From assembly GCF_009914755.1 (NCBI RefSeq), contig NC_060932.1: DNA of 64,000 bases, one strand, 5' to 3'. This DNA is from the human T2T-CHM13v2.0 reference genome, Homo sapiens. Positions 1 to 14,975 of this stretch are shown in pieces. The translations under genes and the position numbers were made by a program. The notes beneath the pieces were generated by a model. The model was given only the letters and a program-made list of their open reading frames with translations, had not been told where the DNA came from and made no database searches. Position 1 is the stretch's first letter. The number at the start of each line of letters is the position of its first letter.

Positions 1-61
1 GACTGGCCTCACCTTTATAACAACTCACTCTTGCAATAACCCATTCCTTCTACAACAACAA

Positions 62-385
62 TATTAATCTCCTTTTTACAGTGAGGGAAACTGAAGTGCA
101 GACATATTAATTTCTCCCAGTTTGTCAAATAATTCGTGGGAGAACCAGTCTCTGTGACTCCAAAGATAGGGTTCCCAACCATTGCACTATCCTACCGCTA
201 AAAACCATGGGTTTTAACATCAAAAATATCTGAGTTCAGGTTTCCAGCTCTGCCACTAACTGACTGTGACACTGAGCAAGTCACTTAATCTCTCTGAGCT
301 GAAGGCTATTGTGACAATTAGGTGAAGCAATGTGCTTAATTATAGTGCCTGGCACATAGTAAATGTTGAATACATATTGGCCTTT
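62..385. mobile_element. MIR-type SINE fragments
   Basis: MIR core-like motifs (TTTTACAG..GAAACTGA; CAAGTCACTTAATCTCTCTGAGC; GTGCCTGGCACATAGTAAATG). Confidence 0.55.
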
Positions 386-994
386 GTTATAATTGTATTA
401 AGTGGTAGCAAGTGTGTAGAACTGACATGAGAAGCCAGGGTCTTTGATTCCTTGGCTGGAACCTGCCAGGTGGGCTACAGGGCTCCTGGCCAGATACTGG
501 TTCTTACCAGCTGTGTTGTGAGCTGTGCCTATGCTACCTTTGTTTGTATCTCACTGGACAGGCAGGTCTGAAGCCTGGACCTGCCATCTACACTTCCACC
601 AACCCAGGGCTAAGAATGTCACAGGCATTGTGTGACTGCAAGGTGTAAAGAAAAAAGCACTGTCAGGGAGTCAAGAGTAGGGCGTCCTAACCCAGCATAG
701 CCACTAAACAGGCCCCTTCTCCTCTCCTCTGGGCCTCAGTTTCCCCACCTGTAGATGAAGGGTTTTACAGGTGCTGATTGCCAAGATCTGCATGTTCTGG
801 AAACTCCTAAGCTATGATCTCCATTTAGTGTTGCCCAAGGCTTGGGTTGTGCAGTCAGACTGCCTGGGCTCAAACTCTGAGACTGAGGCCTGCTTGCTGT
901 GTAACCTTGAGCCAAGGGCTTCTTATCTTTGCAGCCTTTGGTTTTTTCCATGATCAAAAATGGAGGATAATAACAGAGCTTGTGTTATGGGGCT

Positions 995-1345
995 TGTCTT
1001 TGTTGTGTGTTGCTGTAACAGAACACCACAGGCTGGGTAATTTATAAAGAAAAGCAATTTATTTCTCACAGTTCTGGAAGGTGCTGGCATCTGGTGAGGG
1101 CCTTCATGCTGCATTATTCCACGATGGAAGGCAGAGGATTACAAGAGTGAGCAAGAGAGGACTGGCCTCACTTTTATAACAACTCACTCTTGCAATAACC
1201 CACTCCTTCTGCAACAACATTAACCCATTCACGAGGGCACACCCCTCATGGCCTAATCACTTCTTAAAGGTTCCACATCCAAGTACAATAATAATGGCAA
1301 TTAAATTTCAACATGAGTTTTGGAGGAGACATTCAAACCATAGCA
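995..1345 (-). mobile_element. MaLR solo LTR (MST/MLT1A-like)
   Basis: TG...CA termini, GGGTAATTTATAAAGAAAAG and ATTCAAACCATAGCA motifs; near-TSD GGGCT/AGGCT. Confidence 0.75.
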
Positions 1346-1654
1346 AGGCTACTGTAGGGATTAAGCAAGATAATGTACCTGACATAATTCAGTGCTCAGT
1401 AAATGCTGGCTGTTAGTATTCTTCTTGTGATGATCATAGTGGATACTTGTTGACTTATTGACTTCTAGACAAGAGACCAAGAGTAGTACAAAAGGATATA
1501 GTAGAGTCAAATATTATTTACTATCAATGATTCTTGGATTGCCCCTCTGATAATAACAAAAATAACCTACCTTGAAAGTTGTGGTGGAGATTAAGATAAA
1601 AATGTAACACCACCACTGTGCTAGCTTAATACATGAAAATTGGTAGTAGAATAA

Positions 1655-1959
<305 letters not shown>

Positions 1960-2217
1960 AAATTATTTCTATTTTAACGTTTTAGAAATTTGTTTTTCTT
2001 ATACATTATTGGTGAAAGTGTATGTTGGTGCAATTCTATAACAGGCAGTTTGGCGATAGTTATCAAAACTGTAAACATATCTGCACTTAGACCCAACAAT
2101 TCCACTTCTAATTACAGATATACAGTTGAAAAGTTATTTGTTGCAACATTCATTGTAGATGTCCAGCAGTTCAGGACTGATTAAATGAATTATGAATTAG
2201 AAAACTACACAGTTATA

Positions 2218-2503
2218 GGCCAGGCGCAGTGGTTCACGCCTGTAATTCTAGCACTTTGGGAAGCTGAGGCGGGAGGATCACTTGAGGTCAGGAGTTCGAG
2301 ACCAGCCTGGCCAACATGGTGAAACCCCATCTCTACTAAAAATACAAAAATTAACCAGGCGTGGTGGCATGTGCCTGTAAACCCAGCTCCTCAGGAAGCT
2401 GAGGCAGGAAAATTGCTTGAACCCAGGTGGTGGAGTTGCAGTGAGCCGAAATCGTGCCACTGTACTCCAGCCTGGGTGACAGAGTGAGGCTCTGTCTCAA
2501 AAA
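2218..2503 (+). mobile_element. AluS SINE
   Basis: GGCCAGGCGCAGTGG start; TSD-like AGAAAACTA(C/T)ACAGTT. Confidence 0.9.
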
Positions 2504-2859
2504 GAAAACTATACAGTTCTAAAAAAAGATAAAGCTCTTCATAGTCTCATGTAGAAACATCTCTAAGATATATCATTTACTGAGAAAACTAAGAAGCAGA
2601 ACACTATGTATCACTCTACAAATATTTACCTTTGTTTAAAAAGGACTCCAGGAGTCAGGGATATATAATCCTATCAGCATGTAAATATGTTTGTAGGCAC
2701 AGTTTTTAAAAATCTCTGCAAGGATACACAGTGGGCACCGAGGTTTCTAGGTGACAATCAAAAGAGGGAGACTTTCTACTTTGTCTTTTCGTAATTATTT
2801 CTTGCAACCTTGAGAACGTATTACCTATTCAAAAAATTAAATGAAGTTTTATTAAGAAA

Positions 2860-2958
2860 TAAAAAAGAAGGCAGGAAAGCAGGAAGGAAGGAAGGAAAAA
2901 TGGAAGGAAGGAAAGGAAGGAGGGAGGGAGAGAGGGAAGAAAATGACAGAAGGAGGGA
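2860..2958. repeat. GA-rich (GGAA)n-like simple repeat
   Basis: Imperfect GGAA/GGGA units seen directly. Confidence 0.8.
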
Positions 2959-3947
2959 TCTGTTTCTAGCTGTCCTTCTGGACAGAGTAAGGGTGATCTG
3001 ATGTGTCTGAAGGACAGCAGGCCTGTCCTGGCTGAGGAGGTGAGAGACGTGTCAAGCATCACTGTGCACTGGATTTGGCTGGCCTTGAGTGTTTGTTATG
3101 ATAAGGAAGGAGACACATATTTACCAGACAGAATTTCACACCAGGAGAAGTGGCAGCTCTACCTGGCAGGCTGACTTTTGACGGGGGTGTGACAGTGAGC
3201 TTGGGCTGCCCTCATGATCAGCAACCACCCTACTCTCATGACCCCCTCCTCAGGCACCCCACCCTCCCAGTAGGGAGGACACAGGTTTAGCCGTTGACAC
3301 TGCCTGTCCTGAGAAAAGAGAATAAACATAAAGGGAAGGGCCTATGGCATTTGTTTCCTTCCATTGGCTGATTTCTTAGATGAATTTATTATGGCAAATA
3401 TAAGAACCAATGGTCCAAAATTCTCAACACATGCAAGGCAGAGATGGTGATATTCATTCCCTAGGCCAGCACCCCTCCACCTCACTGGACAAATAATTTA
3501 CAGAACTGTCATCTTTGACCTAGGAGTTTTAATAAGTTCCTGTCATTCATGATATGAATTTAGAGATGAATAAACAGTTATATAGAGAGATGTGTATTTC
3601 TGATCATTATCTCAACATTTAACTTTGAACAAATCTCTCTTCCCAGACTTTGGCACATATTACTATTATGATATTATTAATACATATGATAATGTTCGTT
3701 TGTATAACATAAAAATATACATGGAAAACCGTATAAATGTAATAGCAATTTACAGTTTGTTTTCACATCTATTATCTTGTTTAATCTTCAAACACCCCTC
3801 CAAGGTGGGTGTTTATTCAACAAATATTTAGTGAGTGCTCATCATGTCCAAGATACTGTGGTAGGTCCTGGAGTTTCGGAGATGCAATAACATGACCATG
3901 GTGTGCAAGGTCTAATCTAGTCACAGTGATCCACACTCAAAGGGGTA

Positions 3948-4307
3948 CAGGCTGAGTACCCCTTATCTGAAATACTTGGGACCAGAGATGTTTCAGATTT
4001 TGGATGATTTAAAATTTTTGAATATTTGCATATACATAATGAGATATCTTGGGGAGGGGACCTAAGTTTAAACACGAAATTTACTTGTGTTTGATATATA
4101 TCTTGTACACATGGTCTGCAGGTAATTTTACACAACATTTTTATAATTTTGTGCATGAAACAAAGTTTTGACTGCCTTTTGCCTACAGCTTGTCCCATGA
4201 GGTCAGTTGTGGAATTTTTCCCTTATGGCATCATGTTGGCACTCAGAAAGTCTTGGATTTTGGGGCATTTCAGATTTCCGATTTTCGGATCAGAGATGCT
4301 CAACCTG
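3948..4307 (+). mobile_element. Tigger4b (MER46/Zombi)-like TcMar DNA transposon, apparently full length
   Basis: TIRs CAGGCTGAG...CTCAACCTG flanked by TA; 360 bp; internal sequence matches recalled Tigger4b. Confidence 0.75.
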
Positions 4308-4743
4308 TAATGCAACTACAGAGAAATTTGAGGTGATGAAGGAGGGCAGAGAGAAGGGCACCAACGTAACTAAGCAGTGGGGAAAAGATCAAAAAGGCTT
4401 CCCAGGGAAGATGTGGCCTGAGTTGAGCCTTCGAAGATGAATAGGAAGTGACCAGGCAAAATGAATGAGTGAGTTGAGATTGGACAGTCAAAAGGACTCC
4501 TCACGCTCTGAGATGGGGGAGGGAGGGCTTGGGAAAGATGAAGAAGGTGCTAAAGGAAAAGATGAATGGAAATAGAGAGAAGCTTTGGAGGGTGGCAAAA
4601 AGCTGAGGGACGGAGGGAGAGGCCCACTTCATAGAGGAGGAGACTGAGGCTCACAGAGATGGATCCTGACCACTCTTTAGATCTCAGGTCAAGTTGCCCT
4701 TCCCCTCCCCTTCCTTTTTGTGTTGTAAGAAGGTCAGGTCGAT

Positions 4744-5719
4744 GTAAACAGACAACCTACAGAATGAGAGAAAATTTTTGCAAACTGTGCATCTGACAAA
4801 GGTCTAATATCCAGCATCTATAAGGAACTTAAACAAATTTTCAAGAGAAAAACAAACAATCCCCTTAAAAAGTGAGCAAAGGACATGAACAAACACTTTT
4901 CAAAAGAAGACATACACACAACCAAGAAGCATATGAAAAAAATCTCAATATCACTGGTCATTAGAGAAACGCAAATCAAACCACAAGGAGATACCATCTC
5001 ACCCCAGTCAGAATGGCTATGATTAAAAAGAAAAAAGATGCTGGCAATCTATTATTTTTCTGTTGCGGAGAAAAGGGAACACTTATGCACTGTTGATAGG
5101 AGTGTTAATTAGTTCATCCATTGTGGAAAGCAGTATGGCAATTTATCAAAGAGCTAAAAGCAGAACTACAATTTGACTTAGCAATCACATTACTGGGTCT
5201 ATACCCAGAGGAATAGAAATCATTCTGCCATAAAGACATGCACACGAATGTTCATTGCAGCATTATCCACAATAGCAAAGACATAGAATCAACCTAAATG
5301 CCCATCAATTACAGATTGGATAAAGAAAATGTGGTACACATACACCGTGGAATACTATGCAGCCATAAAAAAGAATGAGATCATGTCTTTTGTGGGAACA
5401 TGGATGGAGCTGGAGGCTGTTATCCTTAGCAAACTAATGCAGGAACAGAAAACCAAATACCACATATTCTTACTTAGAAGCGGGAGATAAATGATGAGAA
5501 TTTATGAACGCAAAGAAGGAAACAATAGACAACGGGGTCTACTTGAGGGTGGAGGGTGGGAGAAGGGAGAGGAGCAGAAAAGATAACTATGGGCTACTGG
5601 GTTTAATATCTGGGTGATGAAAATAATCCGTACAATCAACCCTCATGAAACGAATTTACCTATGTAACAAACCTTCACATGTACCCCTGAACCTAAAATA
5701 GAAGTTAAAAAAAAAAAAA
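4744..5719 (+). mobile_element. 5'-truncated older primate L1 (L1PA15/16-like), ORF2 3' end, 3' UTR and poly(A)
   Basis: L1 ORF2 C-terminal sequence, 3' UTR ending GTACCCCTGAACCTAAAATA and A-tail. Confidence 0.8.
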
Positions 5720-8391
5720 GAGTGGAGGTGGCAAACAATGAGTCCTGAGTCTTGAGTCCACGTAGACCCAGATAGGGGAATCATTGAGTCAGCATCTAAA
5801 AGAGATCACTGGGTTTAGCATCTTTCTCCAGTGAGCTGCAGCCAAATGATGGGAGAAATTGGACTCAATGCACCTTAGGTGGCTGTTTCTTACTCCATAT
5901 TACTCATTCCTCAGGAAACTTGTTAGTCCAAGACCTATTCTTTTGTGCAGAGCCTTTATTTATTGGTTTGGCCTGCTTCCCTGAAGAGTGGTCTGTCTGG
6001 TTCTCTCACCCCAGACACACCAGGGCTGATCCAACATATCTGGCTCAACATCACCCACAAGTCTCAACAGGGCCCTGAAAACCACCTCTGACTCCACAAC
6101 CCACTGTCCCACGCCCTGGGAGGTAGGCTGTGTCTGGGCTTGCTCACGTCTGGGAACAGCAAAGTCTGGCCCAAGCCTGTTCAGCCTGTACCCTGCTTGG
6201 AGGTTGGCACGAGCCTCAGATGTTGGGCTCTGGCTGGGAGCATGGCCCCAGGAATTTGCCGAAGGGAAGTCCAGTGGAGCATCCAGGCAGTGGGAGAGGG
6301 TTGGGGGTGGAAACTCACCTCTGCTCCCTGTGGGAGTGTGGAGCAGCTCACAGAACATGAGGCTATGAGCACAGGATGGTGGTTAAGAGGCCAAGGGGTG
6401 TCCTGTGTTGGGATCCCCAAAGCAAACACAGTGAAAAGGACAGATGACTCGCTCATTAAGGAGGCGCTCCCAGGAAAGCCCAAGATAGGAGTGGGAGACA
6501 TGGGACAGGGAAGAGGAAGAAACTAAACAAAGGAGCAGCCTGACCTTGAACCATAAAAAGGACTCTTCATCCTTTGGCTGATGAGTGATTCTTGCAATGT
6601 CCCAGCAGTAGCCTGACCCTGCAGGGGAGTTCTGCAGCAGAAGTTGTGCCTTCACCAGGAGCAGGGCTCTCACACTCCCACTGGCTCAGGGCTGCCTCGG
6701 GCTCTAAGCTCTCAAACACTTCCTGCTCTGAGTGGGCACAGCAGCTCCAGTTGCTCAAGGGCAGGTCTTGGAATAAAGCCTTGGGTACAGGCCATTAGCA
6801 CAAAAAGGTAGAAGCTAGAGATTGGTGCTCAGAATCATAAAAGGGAGCCAAGGGGATCTGGGACAGGTGGCATCGGACAAAGCTACGTTCCTGTCCCAGC
6901 TGTTTCTACCTCTGCAACCAAGGGTAAATTATTTAATCTTACTGCCAAATTGTCTCAGCTATAAAGTGGGGACACTTTTCACAGAATTGTTGTGCAAGGT
7001 AAAACAAGAGAATACAAGCAACATGCTTAGCATAGGGCCTGGCACATATTGGGAATTATTTAATGATGTCGAGTCTGGCAAGTGCTCTTCCAAGTGGACT
7101 TAACCTTGGGAATACTGTTGACAGTGAAGCTGAGCTCCAATGCCTTGTTCTGTTCCTTATGTTTCTTTCTCTCTGCTGGTAGTTTTCTTCTTTCCCTTAT
7201 CAGACACCCAGCCTCACTTGCTCCTTGGCATCAGGTGAAATCTCAGGACCTCATGCTCCATGCCACCCACCTGCCCCGTGGCACCTTCACCCTGGACTTA
7301 CTCTCCTGATGCATCACAGAGCAGAGTGTCCAAGGGCCCAGGTTTTGGAGCCAGACAATCTGGGTTTGAATCCTTGCTTTTACTCTTACAGTTGTGTGAC
7401 CTCCTTGGCAAAGGGCTTGGTCTTTCTGTACCTCAGTTTCCTTATCTGCCTAATGGGGATAATAAGTGCTCTATCTCTTAGAGCTGTCGTGAGGTTAGTG
7501 AATTAATTTATGCAAAGTGCTTAGGATAGGACATAGTGCTCAGTGATTGTTGTCTGGTATGATTGTCAGTATAAAATGATCCTGGGTCAGATCCCCACTT
7601 TGTTTACTGCCCCAATTCTTGGGTTTATAATTTTCTGATCAGTCCTTGCTGCTTTCACCCTCCAGCCCTGGCTGGGCTCCTACCTTTGTCCTCCTTTCAG
7701 TCCCTGGAGCTGCAATATCACTACCTGTTGGAGCCCCAGATGCTCAGCATGGGAACAATCATGAGCATGCGCACAGCTCTTTCTGGTTTTCTATGCAGCA
7801 CATGTCTACCTTGATCTGTGCCTCCTTTATCACATGAGGAAATTGAGGCCCAAAGCAACTGAGCAACTTGCTCAAGTTCACCCTGCTCCCAAGCAATGGA
7901 GCCCTTATTACCACCTCCCCATCGACTCCAAATTCAGTGCTCCCACACACTCCCCACTAGAGACCCAGGCCTGTGACCACAGCACAATTCACCACTTCCT
8001 CTCCATCACCTCTGCACAGATCGGCCCTTGTGACAGTGTCTCCCCCACCGCAGAGTTTACTTGTTTGTCTTTCCTACTGGACTAGGAGCCTCTGGATGCA
8101 GGGTCTGTGTCTTACTCATCTCTCTGTCCCCAGCCCCTGTCACAGGGCCTGGCATGCGGTAGATGCCAAATATATGTTTGTTAAATGGATGAGTGAATGA
8201 GTGATTTGTCCTTGGCATATACCCAGGAGTCATAGTGGTAGAATATGTGGACATTCAATTTTACAAGATAATAACAGGTGATTTTTCTTAGTGGTTGTAC
8301 CAGTTCACACTTCCCACCAGCAATGTGTAAGGGATGGAGTTGATCCCCATCCTCTCCAGCACTTGGGCACCATCAGACAATACATTACAGG

Positions 8392-8821
8392 TGTCAAAAG
8401 ACAAAATTACACACATGATCTAATTGGCTTTTATTTGCAACTTATGAATCAGGACAGTGTCTCTTCTACAAATTTGGAAAAGGCACTCTGATGAGCTAAG
8501 CAGAGGAGGTAGGCTATATAGGCAAAAAAGGGCTAAAGAAGGCAGAAACCAGGAACAAAAAGCAAATTGGTCATTTCGAAGTTAATTTTCTTATAGGGTT
8601 AAAGCAGAGAGGAATTCCTTAGAATGGTAGCTAAAACTGGCCTGTTTGGGGATTTGGCTATTCTCTTTCTCCCCTGATTTTTCATAAGGTCAGATAAACA
8701 GCTTAGTTTCAGTTTGGTGACATGGAATTTTAGTGTTTGTGACTTCATTTTGGTTTGGTCTGTTGGGCCTAGTGTAGGAGCTCAGTCCAAATCAATGGCT
8801 TCCTATAAACTTTCTTTAACA
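8392..8821 (-). mobile_element. ERV1 (MER4-group) solo LTR, subfamily uncertain
   Basis: TG...CA ends, near-TSD CAGG/CAAG; minus-strand GGACTGAGCTCCTACACTAGGCCCAACAGACC motif. Confidence 0.55.
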
Positions 8822-9119
8822 CAAGAGACTGGGCATTTATATATTAGGAGTCACCTCTTCTGAGAAGCCATCTCTGACCCTCTACATCTGGATTAGCTGT
8901 TCTTCTCCCAGAATTCTACATTTCCCCATCATAACACTTATCTTACTCTAGTGCAATTGTCCAATTCTCCTTTCTCTCCTCCTTGAGACTGTGAGCTCCA
9001 TGAGGCCAGGATGTCCATTCTCTTAACAAATCTTCACCAATATCTACTATTGTCAGGCTCTGTGCTAGATCCTACCATGATTTAAAAAGAACAAAAAACC
9101 CCATAAAATCCATAAACTA

Positions 9120-9443
<324 letters not shown>

Positions 9444-10199
9444 TCAAGAAGGGATGGGGAAGAGTCATTCTTTCAAGTAAATGGTTGCATTAGGATGTGG
9501 TAAGTCCTAAAACTGAACTGTATCATTAGTACAAAGCCCCATGGGAAAATGAAGAGATAATTTCAACCAGCTGAAAGGCCCAGGAAAACTTAGCAAAAAC
9601 ATCTTGGCCTTGACAGATGAAGCAAGAGTGCATTACAGGTGGCAGGGTTAGGATATGGAAAGGCATGGAGGTGTGGAAGGCATTGAAGGTGTGTAAATAA
9701 GTGACACTGCTATCATGTAGCATAGAGAACTGAATAGAACAAGTACTTGGAAATGTGTGTTAAATGAATCTATGAATGAATGACCTCTATGGCAGGAAAA
9801 CATTTGTCAGATCTTACCCCAAAAGATCAAGACTAACTACATGCAGGTCTCATGAGCAGGATGTTAGTGACGTTAATGCTTGAGTCTCCCCCTTTGCTGA
9901 CTGCCTCAGTGATTCCAATATGGTGCTTCACTGATGCAATCATAATGTAAGTTTCTGCCGTTATGTCAAGCTGTTGCTGAAAACATTACAGGGCTCTCTC
10001 AATGCTATTATGTGGCATTGGCATAATCTTGTCTGGAGATGGGTCGCTAACTAGATGACAAGTCAAGGACATTGATTCCTCCATAGTCAGAGACTAAGTC
10101 CACTCTATACTTCTCTATACAAGTTAAGCCACACATGCAGATTGTTCTCAGTTCTAGGTCCTCAGTTTTAAGATGGACTATTTAACCAACATCATGGTT

Positions 10200-10634
10200 T
10201 GTTATGGGTTGAATTGTGTCCTCCATGAAAAAGACGTGTTGGTGTCCTAACCCCCAGTAGCTCAGAATGTGCCTTTATTTGGAAACAGGGTTGTTGCAAC
10301 TGTGATAAGTTAAGATGGGATCATGGTGGAAAAGGGTTGGCCCTTGATCCACTGTGGCTGATATCCTTATAAAATAAAGCCATATGAGAGAAAGAGACAC
10401 ACGTAGAGGGAAGATGATGTGAAGAGACACAGGCAGAAGATGGAGATGGCCACTGGTAAGCCAAGCAGGAAGGACTGGAACAGATCCTTTCCTCCCAGCC
10501 CTCAGGAGAAACCAATCCTGCTGACACCTTGACCTTGGGTTTTTGGCCTCCAAAACTGGGAGATAACACATGTCTGTTCTGTAAACCACCCATTCTGTGG
10601 TACCTTATTTCAGCAGCCTGAGCAAATGAACCCA
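10200..10634 (+). mobile_element. MLT1 (B/C-like) MaLR solo LTR
   Basis: TGTTATGGGTTGAATTGTGTCC start and CCTGCTGACACCTTG/CCTCCAAAACTG motifs. Confidence 0.75.
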
Positions 10635-13600
10635 CCTCCCAAGGTCCCTTCTACCCCTTTGACAGCAAAGGCTTGTCATGACCACAGGGTCATGCAGTAG
10701 GAGAGAGTGGACAATTTGGGCATGTGACCTAAGAGATACCAAACAGGGAGAAGCCCAGGATTGTTTTGTTCCTTGGTTAAAGAAGAAATATCCTCTCCTC
10801 CTGAGAGGAGAATGAGAAACAAGAAGACCAAAAAGCTCTGGCTGCCATCTTGCTACCCAAAGGAAAGTCATTCTGAAGATGAAGCCAAGAAAAAGGCTGA
10901 GAAAATTACAGAGAAATGGAAACACATCCCTAATACCATCGTGAACCTCTGGATCAAAGGCCTTGCCTGAAGCCAACCAACACCAATAAACCTTATTTAC
11001 TGGTTAAGCCATTTTGAGTAAATTTCCTGTGATAGGCAACTTGAAAGCATTATAAGTGATGCAGATATTGTCAGCTGAAACACGTTTCTCAGGGAAGGAT
11101 AATCAGGATGATAAAGGCATATTAGGAAAAACTAGATAAAAGAAAAATTTAGAGGTGGGCCACATGGGCCGCTTTCAACATAGAAAGAGCTATCATGAGG
11201 AAGGACTTATACTGTGTGGCCCCAGAAGAAGGATTAGGACCATCGAGTCCTGCTGGGAGAATTCCTCCCCAGCACAGGCAATGAGGCAGTGTATTGTCAG
11301 TGGAGAATTTGAAAACAGTGATAAAACTCACAAAAAGTCTATGTTCTTTTATTAGCATTGCATACTGGAAATTCTAAAAAACTTTAGTGATAAAATGTTC
11401 CCTCCTGCTGGAACAGACAGCTCCCACTGCCCCTCCACCGCTTGTTACACCACTGCCAATGAGGAAAAATTATAGGGAGTTAAGTTTCAGCTTTGGTAAA
11501 GAAAGATCTTTCCAACAGGAAATAATGGAATGTACTATCTTGAGGTTGATGAATTATCCATCATTGGCAGTGTTCAGATAGAGGCTGGAAAGCCACTCTA
11601 TTTGAACGTTATTCAGTAGATTACTGAATTCAGTGGGGGAATTACCTTAAATGACCTTGAGACACCAGATGATTTCATGAGCCTCTACAAAGAATGGCAA
11701 GTAAACAATTGAGACAAATCTGTTCAAGTTAGAAAAGAATCTTTGAGTGAAAGGAGGGTATTTGGGTCTTCCCCATTAGGATGTGAGTAGCAATAAAATA
11801 AATAGAAATATTCGAAGGTTACCTGCTTGAGTGCAAATGCTTTCGTGGGCATTGGTAATCAAACTACATGGAGAAAAGTAAGAGGTAAAGTCTGTATTTA
11901 CTAATGGTTAGAGACATGGTCGTTTGGGATCCAGGGGATGAGCTAAGGTATTCAACTATCCAGAATCTAGAAGGTCATGAAGAAGAAGACCCAAATACTA
12001 GTAATGAGATGCCAAAGTGAACATGACCCCATCACACTAACCTAGGGCAGATCATTTAACCCCTCTGCATAGCTCCAACCTCGTTGTGTTGTAGAAACAT
12101 TAAATGTGTTAATATGCACAAAGTCTTTATCTGTAAAGTCAGCCTGGCATAATGTAAGTGCTACATGAATGTTAGTCATTATTATCTTAAAGCTGCTACC
12201 TTAGTGAGCTGTAAGTCTCTTCTGCTCTTCCACATTTCTTCAAACTTTCTTGCTCAGAACGTCAGGACAAAGTTATTTCCCATTCAGATCCCATGCCAGT
12301 CGCTTAGTAACTATTATACTAATTGGTTTCTTGGAGGCTGAAATTTTAATTGGTGTCATTAGAATATGTTTAATATGACAAGTTATGTATTTGTTCATTT
12401 ACTTATTTATTAATTTAAATACTTACTGGGTGCCTACTTTGTTTTAGAAACTGTTTGAGATCCAAGGGTTAGAACCATCAGTAACAATAGACCCAATCTT
12501 TGTCCTGAGAAGGCTGATTGGAATGGGGCAGGGGGAAGTGGGTATAAGACAGACATAAATTAAAAATCACGTGAATGATGGTGACATCACAGCTCTGGTG
12601 GTGCTATCATGAAGGTAAGCAGCACTATTAAGACTATGAAATTAGGCAATACTCTAATTTCAGGGCGTTGCCCTAAAGTCTGGGATGGGGGCTTCTCTGA
12701 GCAAGTGATGCTTAAACCAGGATCTAAAATGCATGTGAGTTAACTAGGCAGTTAGGAAAATTCCAGGCAAAAGCAACAGTGCATTCAAATGTCTTAATAC
12801 CTATCAACCACCATTTACAAAGTGCCTACTTTGCATCAGATGCTCCTATGAGAACTTTATATTTATTACTTGATCTAAACGTCACATCAACCCTTTGAGG
12901 TAGAAATAAATGGCCCATTTTACGAATAAGGAATTGGGACTCAGAGTGGCCAATAATTGATACAACATCACACATCTTGTAAACAGGTTCTATCTTGGCT
13001 CTGTCTAACTCCAACACTGTGCTCTTAACTCTGAGATCAGAACTGTCATATTTGTCTTTCTAACTAAAGACTAGAACAGTGTCTAGCATGTAGTAGATGT
13101 TCAATTAACCCTGTCGTATAGACAGTAAGCATAATAAAATTGTACTGAGGGGGGAAGAAAACCACTATGTGTAGGGATGAAGGATGACTAGACTGTGTAT
13201 GGAAGGATAGAAAAGGTAACGTTTTGAGAAGAAGGAACTTCCGTGGCAAAGCCTGCATATGGAAATATACGTGGCCTGAGTGAGGACACTGCTTGAAAGA
13301 ATACTCTCCTTTGATAGATGGTGAAATATCTTTGTCATTTGAAATATTTAATACAGTCAGGAAGACCACTTTGGCCAGCCCTGAAAATGTCATAGATCTA
13401 AATTATCTTTCAGACATCTTCCAACCTGGGACTAAACTAATACAAAGTGTCCTTGCAAACAAGTTCCAGAAATTTACCAGTTTCCAAAGCCATTACCTAA
13501 GTGGGGACCTAAGTAGAGCGAGGACAGATGAAGTGAGCTGGCAGTCACTGAAGGAAGCCAGGCAGCATGACAGACACTAGGAAAGATGGAACCACACCTG

Positions 13601-14452
13601 GGTATCAGATGACTTTCAAAGCACAGCCTTAGACAAAAGAGATGCATGTGAGCCCCCAACAGAGTGCTTGGTGTATAGGTGGTAGTGTTTCTTGTAATTA
13701 AGCACCCAATTTAAAAAATCATTTTTGCCAAATCACTGCCTTTGTCTTATAAAACAAGGCTTTTGCTCAAACTGCTATCCAAGGGGTTGAGGAATAAGAT
13801 TATTTTCCTTTCCTACCAAGAGACTGTCCTTGGGCTCTTGCAGGATTGGATCTGGGCAAGCACCGTGATTTCATTCCATCTCTCTCATGAAGGCAAGGGA
13901 AAGTATTGCCCGAGGTCTGGATTTCAGAACTTCTGTGGACTGCAGAGTCTGGAGATGTGCGGTTTCTGGGAATGGATGCCTAAGACTTCATTTCCCTTCT
14001 CTGCAATGTGCCTATTGCTGACACCTTAGGGTTCAAAAGGTTAAAAAAAAATGTAAAAGTCACATTTGTAAATTTCAGTCTTCAAAGCATAGAACTGTAC
14101 ACCCTTGTACATTGTAGGCAATATATTATTATATGCACAATATTGCATAAGGGGGTACTATTATATCCCCATCTTACAGATGAGTGAACTGTAGGTTAAT
14201 TTTGCCCTAGGTTATACAGCTAGAAAGTGGTAGAGTCTATAGTTTCCTTTTTCTCATAAGGAAGCATAATCTTTCAATTAAGAGCATAGCTCTCCATGCC
14301 ATTAGGAACTGGACTCAAATTCTAGTTCTGCCACATTTTAATTGTGTGACTGTGGGCAAATATTTAATCTTACTAAGGTTCTCCCTCTGGAAAAAGTGTC
14401 TGTCTTAGTTCTTGGGGTACTGTGTACCATGTTCTCCCTTCTGAGTATATAA

Positions 14453-14975
<523 letters not shown>

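Noticed and set aside
5960-6800. Cluster of overlapping 60-130 aa ORFs
   Set aside because: No recognisable domain or exon structure; expected in moderately GC-rich DNA
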